Source: Octopus vulgaris (Eukaryota). Taken from it: a stretch of DNA of 64,000 nt. The number at the start of each line of letters is the position of its first letter. The stretch's first letter is position 1. The translations under genes and the position numbers were made by a program. Location: assembly GCA_951406725.2 (NCBI GenBank), contig OX597814.1:78864001-78928000 (forward strand), given 5' to 3'. The notes under the pieces are model-generated. The model had not been told where the DNA came from and ran no database searches. It saw only the letters and a list, made by a program, of their open reading frames with translations. Positions 40,668-53,356 of the stretch are shown piece after piece.

Positions 40668-40671
<4 letters not shown>
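40451..40671 (+). mobile_element. Dong/R4-clade LINE 3' end, third family
   Basis: Translates KYSDKYITKTPGLTNTYNIQKIALQGTAHILRRTLSIQ*; embedded in (AAT)n; CpG-rich 3' UTR. Confidence 0.8.
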
Positions 40672-40699
<28 letters not shown>

Positions 40700-42859
40700 C
40701 CCTTTCTACTATAGGCACAAGCCTGACATTTTTTGGGGGAAGAGACAAGTCAATTACATTGACCCCAGTGCTCATGTGATACTTATTTTATTGACCTTGA
40801 AAGAGGTAAAAGTCAACATCAACCTCAACTGCATTTGAGCTCTGAATGTGAAGACGACTGCAATACTGCTAAGTATTTTGTCCAGGATGCTAACAATTTT
40901 GTCAGTTCTTTGCCTTACTAATAATTATAATAATAAATTCTAACACAGACACAAGGCCAGAAACTTGAGCAGAGGGAAACAGTTATTTCAACCCCAGTTT
41001 TCAACTGGAAGGTTAAAAGGTGAAGTTGACCTTAATCTGATTTAAAACCAAACATTCGAGGCTGTAACTAAATACTAAACATCTTTAAAATCATCATCAC
41101 CATCTTCTTTCAATTGTTGCTATGCTTTCATGGTTTGGATGGAATTGCTCCAGAATGATGCTTTGCCACTCATTTATCAATTCATTTGTGAAGATCAATA
41201 TCAAGAGATTAGCTTCCCTCACTTTTTCCTAAATCCTCCTCTTCTCTAGGTTGCTTCCAAATGAATTTCCTATTACTTCTTTAACTCATCAGTTATCCTT
41301 CATGAGCAGCACATGTTCATAACAGCATGGTTTTCTCTCTTCACTCAGTCATTTCCTTTTATTACCCAGTTTTTCTTTGTTCATTTGTGCTTCATCGTTC
41401 ATGCATTCTAACATTGCACATCCAGCAGGGCATACTTGCTTAATTCCTTTCTAGTTTTGCAAATCTTGTATAATCTATGTTCATATTTTGCCACTATGCA
41501 ATATCACACTTTGAGGACAAGCATTGTACATTCTGCTCTTCAACCAAAGGTAATAACACCCTTGTTCCATGTACAGTTAACAAATTCCTGAATTTTTTCC
41601 ATCCTGATCTTACCCTGACTACAATACTTTGATTAGGTTACGTAGATAACAGACACTGTCAAATAATTTTAAAGGTTTTCTGGAATTTGATAAAATTAAT
41701 TTCATTGATGTTCATACTGCTAACTAATCATATGCCTCAGCTACATAAACTGTCCTATACGCAATCTCACTGCATCTCTTGTCATCATCATCATTTAATG
41801 TCTGTTTTCTATGCTGGCATGGGTTGGATGGTCTAATTGAAGATGGTTAGCTGGAGAGCTGCCCAGGCCTCATATCTGTTTTGACATGGTTTCTATAGCT
41901 GGATGATCTTCCTAACATCAACCACTTCACACAGTGTACTGGGTGTTTTAGACAGCACCGACATGGGTGCTTTTTACATGATACTGGCACCTAAAGCCTG
42001 CAAGATTAGGAATGCTCAGCTGAAGAGGGATGCAGGGGACATGCCTGCATGCAAGGATGACCATGTATTTACTTAGCTAGATGTGTCTTCTTAAGCACAG
42101 CAAACTGCCAGAAGTCTCAGTCCCTTGCTATCCCTTCTGTGAGGCCCAACATCTGAAGATCATTTCTCACCACTTCTTGTGCTCCTATAATTTTCAGTGA
42201 GTACACAGTACAGAAATCCTGCTTACATCTTTTCTGCATATCAAGCATGCATCTTCCCAACTTCTAAAGATGGCAGTAGAATTCACTATTTTAACTTCTA
42301 TTAAATTCCATTCACATCAGGGATACACTTTAGCTATATGGATAAGGTCACCTGTATGTAGGAGTTCCAACAGACAGCCTGTCTTGAACTCTCCTGTTAT
42401 GGCCTGGGGAAGTATGATAATTAAGATGGTTCTGAGAGCCAAGCAAACATGAACATCAACATACATGCTGAATTCATTACTGAATTTGCTAACTCACCAG
42501 TTCCCCAGTATATAGCTTCAGCTGCTCTCACAAGTACACTGGCTTTCTAGAACAGGCTCTGAGAAGATTTTGGAAAATGTAAAAAGATTGCATATGAGTT
42601 TCTAGATGAAAAACACTAGCATTTTCAATTGATGTAATCAGTCATCTAAATTTGAACTGCAGAGTAAGAACAGTGTTTCCCTCAAAAGATTTGAAACAGT
42701 TTCTGCACTTTCCTATATGATATGGTACTGCATAGACATTGTTTGAATCATATTTACATTCATTTCAAAGGAAGTGAGGATTTCTTTAATGTAAGAGGAA
42801 AAAAAAAAAAAAACTCTAATCCCTTCTTTTGTCATTCATTTCTGTATTGTAACAGAATC

Positions 42860-43260
42860 ATTACTGAATTGGGCTTTTGACTTCGAAAAATTTCAACAGG
42901 ATGTTAAGAACAACATGGATGTGTTGAGCATAATGGTAATTTACCAAAGCACAAGGGGAAATTGGGTTATTGAAAGAATCATTCGAAATTGCTTTCATGA
43001 TATAACTAAAGAAGAAGACTGCATTCTCACATTTATAAATTAGTGAATAAGAAGAAAAAAATCAAGAAAATGCCTAGTAACATATAAATGGGACTTATTG
43101 ACTTCAAAACAAATTCATTATTGGAAATGAAATTTGATGAGCTTCCATAATTTCCAGATGGTGTTGACATTTATGACAATCATTATACACTGTGAACATT
43201 TTTCAGAACTAAGATAATTTGCCCAGAGTTACATCTGTCATTTTGGAATGATGTACAAAC
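42860..43260 (+). mobile_element. Highly degenerate hAT (SPIN/GTF2IRD2-like) transposase C-terminal remnant
   Basis: Stop-interrupted translation KMPSNI*MGLIDFKTNSLLEMKFDELP...FSELR*FAQSYICHFG resembles the hATC dimerisation region. Confidence 0.45.
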
Positions 43261-45629
43261 ATTTTCATTCATGAAATTAATAAAAAATAAGAGAAAGTTG
43301 TGATTTCCTTCAATCATTTACATTCCATTTTCCCATGCTGGCATGGGTTGGATATGGATTTGTGGCAGGATTTTCTGGACAGATCACCAACCCTTAGCTC
43401 TTTTTCAAGTATCATATCTTTTTTACTTCATAAGTCTTCAAAAGCACAGAACAGCAAATTGAAATGTCAAAAAGGAATGTAAGCATCATAACACTTTTTG
43501 TCAAGCAACTACAAGCATGGACTATCAACCTTCATGATAGGCTTCCTAGTTTTCAACTGTGAAGTTACCAACTTCACTTGCATAGCACTTGCTGTAGTAG
43601 AAGACACTTACTCAAGGTGCTGCACAATATGACCAAACTCAAGACCCTGTATGTGGTTGTAAATCAAAACCTATGATTGACTAATTCCAATGATTTAATA
43701 ACACTTATGCCATTTTTGTATTAAACAAATATATTAAATAAAAATGCTAAATATATCTTCCAATCTCAAGAAGAAGTACCTCCTTGAAGAATTTTTGTCA
43801 AAGAAATTAACCCTAGTACTTTTCTTTTAAGCATGGTACTTATTCTCTCAGTCTCAGTTATCAAGTAGTGGTGGAGACAAACACACACACACATACAGAG
43901 GCTTCTTTCAGTTTCTGTCTAACAAATCCACTCACAAGACATTAGCTGATCTGAGGCTATATTAGAAGATATTTTCTCCAAGATGTTGCTCAATGGGACT
44001 GAATATGGAACCATATCTATATTAATATATTTTGTACATGAGTTGAATGGTGTGGAGAGGCGCTAGATTGAATACAATGCATGACAAAGCTGTTGCACAG
44101 AAAGCAAAATGGTGTCCACTGTTGGGTTAAGAGGATAAAACTACATATCTTGGTTCTGCATTATATCTTTTGAGGAGTGCAAGTGGTTAAAAATTAATCT
44201 TACTTTTCCAAATCTTATATGATTAATCTATACTTCTTCCACCTCAAAGTGCTTTTTTTTCATTTGGAATGCATTAATAATTCACATGGTACCTGTTAAA
44301 GTATCCTAGTTTTTATCTGCTTCAAAACTAGTGGACCACTGCTTAGTAAAAAAATGCACACAAAGAAAACAAAAATAAGTTAACGAAGATAGGAGTAAGA
44401 AAAGATATCAATAAAAAGTCTATAAAAACAAAGTTAGATGATTAACTGAATTCTTTCATCTATGAATAAATAAGAATGAAGAAGGAATCAACAAATTAAT
44501 AAAGTCTTAAGAGAAAGTTTTGAAAACTCATAGAAAGAAAGTAGAAAACAAAACCAATTTAATCTGGTCTCAATAACTGAAAAAGAAAAAAAAAACATTC
44601 CTTTCCCATGATGCTTCTCAAAATGATTTCAGCAAATGAAAATGGCTGTAGGGAATGAAATATTCACTTCTTACTAACTTTTCTCTCCCTCCCCATCTCT
44701 CTCTCTCATACACACACACCAACTAAATTAATAATGTCATTATTAAAAATGCCAACACAGAAGTGGAAAGTATTACCACCTGAATAATCAGAAGAGAGAA
44801 GATGACAAGAGAATTCATAGCAAACACAAGGATAACGCAAGCAATTTCTATTTACATATATAATCTTGCCCAGTCATGATTCCAATCAGATGCTTAATAT
44901 TAAGTCTGTGTATGGAAGAAGCACCAGAGTATTGTATAGTTTGCTCTCCTGTTATTTGTTAATAACCTTTAACATGGGGAGACATACTGAATTAGTGGAT
45001 AAATTGTTGGACTTTTAGTTAAAGAATTGTAAAACTCTGGACCATTAAATAGCATTGCTACTGATCTAAGCTGCAGTTTTAGAAAGGCACAAACAGAACA
45101 TGTAGAAGTTTACCTTGCCACTGGGAAATTAGAAGGGAAAAAGAGGCACAGGTATGGCTGTGTGGTAAGAAGCTTGCTTCTCAACCACATGGTTCTGGGT
45201 TCAGTCTCACTGTGTGGCACCTTGGGCAAGTGTCTTCTGCTATAGCCTCAGGCCAACCAAAGCCTTGGTAGTGGATTTGGAAGATGGAAACTGAAAGAAG
45301 CCTATCATCTATATACATGTGTGTGTGTATATTTTTGTTCTTCACCACTGCCTGACAACTGGTGTTGGTCTGTTTACATTCCGATAACTTAGTGGTTCAG
45401 CAAAAGACTCTGACAGAATAAGTACCAGGCTTCAAAAAATAAATAAAATATAATAAGGACTGAAGTCGGTTCATTTGATTAAAGACCCTTCAAGGTGGTG
45501 CCCCAGCATGGCCACAGTCAAATGACTGAAACAAGTAAAAGATAAAAAAAGAATGGTAAAAATGAAAATCTTGCAATAACATAAAGTGACTTTGGAAAGG
45601 AGCATGAGTCAGTTGCATTGATTCTGGTG

Positions 45630-45682
<53 letters not shown>

Positions 45683-45683
<1 letters not shown>

Positions 45684-46252
45684 TTTGGAGATGATGTACA
45701 GGTATTATATATTAGAAGAAATAAGGTACTCAGAAATCTGGAATATTTCCAGAAATATTTCCAGATTTTTATTAATAAAAATCTATAAATATAAAACCAT
45801 CCAGATTTCTGAGTACCTTATTTCTTCTAATATATAATACCTGTACATCATCTCCAAACCTTCTAATATATATATTTATGTCTCCACACTATCCATTTGT
45901 AATAACAAAATATGAACTCCTATCAGAATCTACATACCATGGACAAGAAGCATTTTTACCCATTTTACACAGCATTTTCCTTGGATGATGAAACTGCAAC
46001 TGTAATATCCTACATATATTTTTATTGTTATTTTTATTCTCTTATTTCCTTTTATACTTCTTACACCCATCCTTTTCCAAAATAACTCCTTATATTGAAC
46101 TCTACTATTTCCCTCTAGTTAACTCTCTCATATCGTCTGTGATGAAGGGATATCCCAATATCTCAGAAACAGCTGTAAGACTACCTTTCTATTTATGTCC
46201 TATAAATTCCACACAGCCTTGGCTTTGTTGTCTCATTTTATTTATATATATT

Positions 46253-46260
<8 letters not shown>
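45683..46260 (+). mobile_element. Penelope-like element end with inverted 60-bp repeat and hammerhead relic, inserted at (TA)n
   Basis: Perfect IR 45683-45742 / 45800-45859; hammerhead-like GTCT-GTGATGA-AGGGATAT..ATATCTCA-GAAAC-AGCT-GTA-AGAC at 46135-46181; 3' tail shared with 53113-53300. Confidence 0.7.
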
Positions 46261-46285
<25 letters not shown>

Positions 46286-46289
46286 CACA

Positions 46290-46985
46290 CAAAGTATGGG
46301 GGTTTGGTTCATAAGTGATCTAAACGATTATGTACACTAACTAGGTAAGTGGTGTAATGGATTACTGGGGGTCCAAGGTCATAGCTAAGATGGTAGTTAT
46401 GGAAGCATTGCAGATTTCTGATGCAGTGGATATGTAATCGTTAAACAGGACAGCAAACATTAAGGCAAGGCAAACATCTCAAGTCATATACAATATTATT
46501 ATAGGAAGAAATTCAAAATCTTATGTCTGTTTCTGGGATAGCCCCGAGTATGGGATATTCTGTCATCAGAGACAAATAGGGAAAATGAGAATGGTATATA
46601 TTAATAAGATGATGATATAGAAGAAGGGAGTAAAAGAATAAAAGAAGAAAAAAGAAGCATAAAAGTTCATAGATCAACTTCCCAAAGTTATAGCAATCAG
46701 AGCATGAGCCATTAGATGCAATCCTGTAATAATATATCCTATGAACTTTTGTGCTTTGTTTTTCTTATTTCTTTGCATCTCCTTATTCTTTTACTCCCTT
46801 CCTCTATGGTCTTATCTTATTAATATATACCATTCTTATTTTTCATATTTGTCTCTGATGACGGAATATCCCATACTCAGGGATATTTCAGAAACAGCTG
46901 TAAGATTTTGAATTTCCTCCTATAATAATATTGTAAACGACTTGAGATGTTTGCCTTGCTTTAATGTTTGCTGTGCTGTTTAACA

Positions 46986-46988
<3 letters not shown>
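46290..46988. mobile_element. Penelope-like fold-back element (arms ~46436-46672 and ~46739-46988)
   Basis: Long imperfect inverted repeat; each arm carries a hammerhead motif (46519-46573 minus, degenerate; 46851-46906 plus); abuts (TA)n. Confidence 0.75.
46851..46906 (+). ncRNA. Minimal type I hammerhead ribozyme motif, canonical CUGAUGA/GAAA core
   Basis: GUCU-CUGAUGA-C-GGAAUAUCCC-AUACUCA-GGGAUAUUUC-A-GAAAC-AGCU-GUA^-AGAU; 10-bp stem II; palindromic stem III ACAGCUGU; predicted cleavage after 46902. Confidence 0.8.
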
Positions 46989-47021
<33 letters not shown>

Positions 47022-49069
47022 GTATTTATCTTACCTACATGAGTGGTATAGTGAAAAGCAGAATTTGACCATAGAAAATAGATGCAAAAAAAAAACAAAA
47101 CAAAAAAAAAACAAAGAAGAAATTCCACAAACCAATTAATTTTGTTCCCTACTTTTCTGCTAAAACAAAAGTAATACAATGATTGTAAGGGAAGAGTTAA
47201 ATTAATTGTATTGACTGTAGTATATGTCTGGGGTAGACGAAAACATCATAACACACTGTAACATCACATGGACACAGCATCCTATACAACATCACATCAC
47301 ATTAATTTTCCACATGCTAGTGTATTACCACCATATTACATTAGCACAGCAACAAGGCACATAACTTGCATTATCATGCTACTCACCACCATCAAGACAT
47401 CATAATACTACTACATCACCATAGAATCATATTAGTACACGAACATGCCAAGTGAATCTATATGCAGTCGCTTAGGTGGTAGAAATACAAGTAAAATCTT
47501 TCTTAAATCATACTCTGATAAAGAAAGACATATTAGATAACGCACTCTTTTGGTGTAGAGTGCCTATCAAATTATCCTACGTTTGTTGGATCAAAGCTGA
47601 CCTGGGGCTAAGCAACAACAATATCCAGCATTTGAATTGTATATCTTCATACAATATAAGAGCACAGTCACCATCTTGTGAAATGATAGATTTATCATTT
47701 CACAAGAAGAAGGATCATTGCCAGCTCTAGGTAGTACTGTATAGCAAACTCTCCACTGGCCACCATGTCAAAGGTGCAGAAGAGAAAATTGTAAAAAAAA
47801 ATTTCTGAGGAAATGCCTTGCTTTCTGTCACAATAGCCACTGCCAGTTGTCTGTTATGGCCTACAATTTCAAGGCCAAGTGACAAACCATTCATCTGTCT
47901 GCCTCTTCTTCTAGCAGTAATGAGCAGAAATTCCTTTGCAGCTGCCATGGGTGGGTCTGCCTCTGCTACACTGACTCATCAGCTACCAGTAAACCTGCAG
48001 TCAATCTGGACAGTTTTTTTCATTAAACTTCATTTGCAAAACCAATCCCTGATAATATTGGTTTCAGATTTTGGTACAAGGCCAGCAGGTTTGGGAGGAG
48101 AGCTAAGTTAATTAAATCAACCCCAGTGTTCAACTGGTACTTATTTTATTGATGTCTCTGAAAGGATGAAAAGTAAAGTTGACCTCTGCAGAATTTAACT
48201 CAGAACATAAAGATGGCCAAAATGCCACCAAGCACTTTGTTTGGCATATTAACACATCTCACTACCATATCACAGCATACATCCTAAACCACATTTAAAA
48301 CAAAACTATTTGCCACATACATAAACAGCCTTTGCTCAACAACACACTATAGCCACTGGTGAACCAGAACAATTAACTCATCCCATGTCCCTTATACTAT
48401 ACACTACTATACTATATTGTTTTGAGCTTGCTGTGTATCAAGCACCCTTTCAGAAAATCATGTGGATATGTAATGTTAGAGTGCATGAATGACAGAGTAC
48501 AAATGAGCTAGAAGCAAAACTAGATATAAGAGGGATCCAATGTAGAGAGCACAGACAAATGAAACATTTAGAAGATAATAATTAAGTAGAGATAAGTGAT
48601 CGATATATCAATGTGGAAAGAACCATGGAAGAGAAAGACCAAGGAAGGTATAGGTAGGAGTGATGGAAATTGATCTCAGAGAGCTGTACCTCATGAAGAA
48701 AATAACAAAGGACTGCAACAAGTGACAAGATACTGATGTATTTTCTTACAGAAGAGAAAAAAAAAGAAAACTTTCACACCTATTTTCCATGCCAGCATTG
48801 ATGAGATAGTGGTTACACATGCATCCATGCCAGCACCACATAGTAGCTCCTGGCACCACCTAAAAACGCCAATGTCAGTGCCACGTAAAAAGTACCCAGG
48901 ACACTCTGTAAAGTGGTTGGCATTAGGAAAGGCATCTGGCTGTAGAAACCAAACCAAATCAGGCTGGAATTTGGTGCAGGTCGCCTGCATGCCAGCTCTG
49001 GTCAAACCATCCAACCAATGCCAGCATGGAAAACAAACATCAAACAATAATGATGATGATGAATGATTG

Positions 49070-49270
49070 ATGCTGTTGTTGCTTAGCCACAGGTCAGCCA
49101 CAGAGCAGATGTCTAACTAAAAGGGATTCCAGCTGAGGCCATCTTCTGTTTTTTTGCATATCTATGACTATATTCCGCACTGTACTTTTATTTTGTTTTT
49201 AACAATTAGACTGTGATTTGAAGGAAATTTGGCTGCTACTTCTAGTGAGTTGAGTAACAGTGGTCGCTCC
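49070..49270 (+). mobile_element. Degenerate interspersed repeat family F
   Basis: Shared motifs GTTGTT..TTAGCC.CAGGTCAGCC, CAAAGG.ATTCCA.C..TGACCAT, GATTTGGCTGCTATTTCTAG. Copies near 26900(-), 36620, 37400, 37605, 39470(-), 47460(-), 50310 and a triple cluster at 51360-51930. Confidence 0.65.
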
Positions 49271-49633
49271 CACACTGAGGTTTCACCATTCTCATCACAA
49301 ACATTAAGATGCTGATTATGACAAAAGTGGTGATACTGATTATGACAATTGAGAATACTGTTGTTCCTTGTTACTGCTGCTGATGAGGTTGACATAACTT
49401 CCTTTAGCTGAATACTTGCCATACATTATATTTTAATGGTGAATTTTTTTTTAAGAAAGCTTTCCTTAGCCAAAATCCAACAAGTTCCCAGAAGAAGAAA
49501 AACTATGAATGTGTATGAAAGAGAGTAAGTGAGATGAAGAAAGAAAGCATGTGTTTGTGTGTATGCATGCGTGTACAACAGTATTCTGCCAAGTTCTGTA
49601 GCATTTAAGCAGACACTATCACTCACTCACTCT

Positions 49634-49695
<62 letters not shown>

Positions 49696-52539
49696 GACAC
49701 AAATACATGCTGATCTTGGCATAGCAGCAATTTCCTGGATTCACTCAGTTGTGGAAGATAATGAAGGTGTTAGCTATTGCATAGAATAACAGAAACTTTC
49801 CAAGAAATTATCAAGTTGTGCTGTCATGTCTATTTGCTGTGATGGATAGAGGAACAGAATTTTTGCTCATACAGGAATAAGAATAGAAGATTCAGTTAGC
49901 TTAGCTGTTTTGTATTGGTGTGTTTCTTAGATATCAGTTATGGAATATATGCATTCATATGTGTATGTATATATGAGTTATTTTCCTGCCATAACCAAAG
50001 TGTAGCTGATATTTTAATGTGCATATTGCATATCCATTTATGAATTCAGTTGCTATCCTTCTTGTTTGCTTCCTTTCTTCCTTCTTCAAGTCATCTATAA
50101 ATTGGCAATGGAAAGACAGCTTAAGCAGCATCAAACCAGGCAGATAATTAGATTTCTTGTGACTAAGCTAGAGGCCAACATTGGCAGAGAAGACAGGGAA
50201 AGTCATTTGAGTTACTACCAGTATAGCACTGGTAATTATCTTATTGAACTTGTAAGGATAAAAGGCAAGGTTAACAGTGGTGGATTTGAACACAAAATGT
50301 AGAGGGAATCTACAAGTTAGTTCTGATCAAGCATCTTTATGGTCAAAGATGTTCTAATTGTGACCATCCCATCCTACCGTTCAATTTTTTCAGACTTGTC
50401 CTCCTTTTTTGAAGACAATAGAGTATATGAGAAAGATTTGGTTCATATTTCTAGCAGGTGAAGCAACAAAGTAACACATTTATTGTGCCACTGGTTCTGT
50501 GGGTGAGTTGTCCAGCAAGAAAATAGCTACATTGGTGATTGGTTAAAAAAACAGACAAAAAAAGGAAACAAAATCAGAAGCCTAACAACAACAATAACAA
50601 ATAAAAGATAGCTAATTAAGGTATGATGTCATGAACAACAGAAAATATGATTCATGATGCACAGGAAGAGGATGGCTGGTCATTTAGTAATAAAGAAGAG
50701 AAGTTTACTGATGAATTCCAAATTTGTGACTTGAGTTAATCCAAGAATGTGGCAAAATGAAACTCTTGAATCATCATCATTTTCAGTTGTAAGATGTTTG
50801 TATTAACAAGGCTTGAATGTGCTAATGAGCTTGTTGTTTAATTTGTTGCAGGAATATTCAGCAATTAGATTACTATATCCAATGTCATGATTTGCTAAAA
50901 TATTAACTACATGATTGAAAAAATCTGTCCAATCAAAACTTTGCATGGAACTGACTTCAATGACAATTTAATATTTTGACATGCTTATTTCTGAATCTAA
51001 CCTTCACTAGCTACTTAGACAGATAAAGTATTGAGAGACAGCATAGGGACATCATGGGAGACAGCCAACAGAGACAGTAGACATCAGTAGAGCCAAAAGG
51101 ATAATGAGGCAATGAGCAGTCAGAGGCAATGAGCAGTCAGAGAGCAGGAGACATTACAAGTCAGTGGCCCAGCAAGCAGTTAATCACAATGAATGATCAG
51201 TGACAACAACACAAAGACCAGCAGCTAACTTTTTGACTGCTGCTACAACCACATCAATCCAAACTCTATCAATATTTTGTCTTTCATAATAATGACAACA
51301 TTTGCTTTTTGTTTCCAGAAAGATTAGATATTTTGTTTATCAAAAATCTCAACAGATATCAGTGTTCTTCTTCACTCAAACGCCCAGACTGCTCTGACTG
51401 AGAATACCTATGATCAAAGGACTTTCAATCATGACCTTACCACCTTTTTTGTTTTTCAGACATAGTGTATCTAAGATTATCTTCTACCATATCCTTCTTT
51501 TCTTTTAGGTCAGCACGGTATGATCCAAAGAAGATTTGGCAGCCATTTCCAGCAGGTTGAGTGATCACATAGAAGCTTCTTTATTAGCTTACATTCTTCC
51601 AGCTTGTTGTTTAGCTCTAGGCTAATCCTGATTAAGGAAGATTTCAAAGAAATTCTTGCCTTGGCCAATATGATTTTTACTTAGATAGTGACACTTCCTT
51701 TCCAAAACATTAGGATGTAACTTAAAGTTTGTTTTTGCTATGTATAACAGGCTAAGCTATCTCATTGGTTTTCACCTTTTTAGGCTGCTTTCTTGTTTCA
51801 CCTCCAGGTCATTTCTGGTTTAAAGACACAGAAGGTCAAAGGCATTCTAACCATGACAATGCTACCTTTTCATAGACCAAGAACGACACTGTCCAGTGTC
51901 AATTATTTTTCAAATGAAGATTTGACTGCTACAAGATGAATAACTTTCAATGACTTTTAATATGGCAATTTTGCATCATTTTCATCTGAAAGTCACATAT
52001 CTCAAGTTTTATTTAAACTTTCTTGGTTTAATCTCAATACTCTAACACTGAGCCTCTAACACTAACATATTTTTAATCAGATCTCATAGCTATTACAGCA
52101 AATACATCGGAAGCTATCTTCTTTTACTTGTGTTTTAGTTATCAGACTGCTGCCATGCTGGGGCACTGCCTTGAACATTTTTAAGTTGAATGAATCAGCC
52201 CTAGTAGATATTTTAAAAGTCTGGTACTTATTTTATTGATCTCTTTTGCTAAACTAAGTTATGGGAATGTAAACACACCAACACTGGTTGTCCAGCGGTA
52301 GTGGGAGACAAACACACAAAGACACACACACATACACACACACACACATGATGGGCTTCTTTCAGTTTCCATCTACCAAATCCATCCACAATGCTTTGGT
52401 TGGCCTGAGGCTATAGTAGAAGACACTTGTCCAAGGTGCTATAGAGTGGGACTGAACCTAGTGCAGTGTGGTTTGGAAGCAAGCTTCTTACCACACAGTC
52501 ACACATGTACCTATGGAAGTACAATAAACAACTTTGAGA

Positions 52540-52800
52540 AAATGCTTAAATTTTTCAGTTCAAAACAGAGTCCATAAAAAGGTAATAGTGCTGGATTAAA
52601 TATGCAGCATTTAGTTTCTTCCATCAAACTCTCCTACATCAACTTTGACCTTTCTGAAACAATCAAATATGCATAACTACTATTCTGAAGAAGAGTGCAG
52701 GCTCAAAATGTTAAAAATTTATTCCATTTTTCCTGAACATCAACGTGTTTGTTGTTCTTTCACCCCGTATTTGTACTTCCTTTATTTTTGTATCATTCAT
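52540..52800 (+). mobile_element. Penelope-like 3' remnant with CpG-decayed minimal hammerhead (52682-52714)
   Basis: CTGAAGA-A-GAGT-GCAG-GCTC-AAAATGTT reverts to CUGAAGA...GCUC-GAAACGUU with two CpG transitions; upstream IFQFKT...GLN-like reading resembles the Penelope ORF end. Confidence 0.5.
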
Positions 52801-52817
52801 TCATACATGCATGAATG

Positions 52818-52852
<35 letters not shown>

Positions 52853-53112
52853 TTGACATCATAAGAATTATATAAGTTAGAAAGAATAGGAACTAATTCT
52901 TGTATGGATTATCTAGAAGCACACACATAAAGCTATAGATAATAACATGTAAATATTGAATAGAAAACCCCATTTGGATCGAAAAAGTCAAGGCTGACTT
53001 CAAAATTTTCAATCCAAAAAGGAGTTTTCAAACCAATATTAACATGCTATTATCTAAAGCTTTTTGTGTGCGCTTTGAGGCATTCCAAAAAGGAATATAT
53101 ATACATATATAT

Positions 53113-53300
53113 AGCGAGAAGTTGAGGTTATAAGAGATAATGGTGTCATTGAGACCCAAAGGTGTCAGGTAATGCTGAATAACTCCAATGAAGGGATATT
53201 ATTAATTAATATCCTAGAAACAGCTGTAAGACCTTCTATCTATAAATGCTCTAATATCTATACAGCCTTGTTTTTTTTTTTTATCTCATTACACAAAAAA
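53113..53300 (+). mobile_element. Penelope-like pLTR fragment between (TA)n tracts, hammerhead relic at 53183-53232
   Basis: CT-CCAATGA-AGGGATATTA..TAATATCCTA-GAAAC-AGCT-GTA-AGAC; same family as 46135-46260. Confidence 0.7.
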
Positions 53301-53307
53301 TGCATAC

Positions 53308-53356
<49 letters not shown>

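Noticed and set aside
44540-44600. Strong minus-strand acceptor TTTTTTTTTTCTTTTTCAG near 44577
   Set aside because: Not followed by GT, an open exon-like frame or a nearby donor.
51107-51143. Tandem 17-bp duplication GAGGCAATGAGCAGTCA
   Set aside because: Two-copy local slippage with no further structure.
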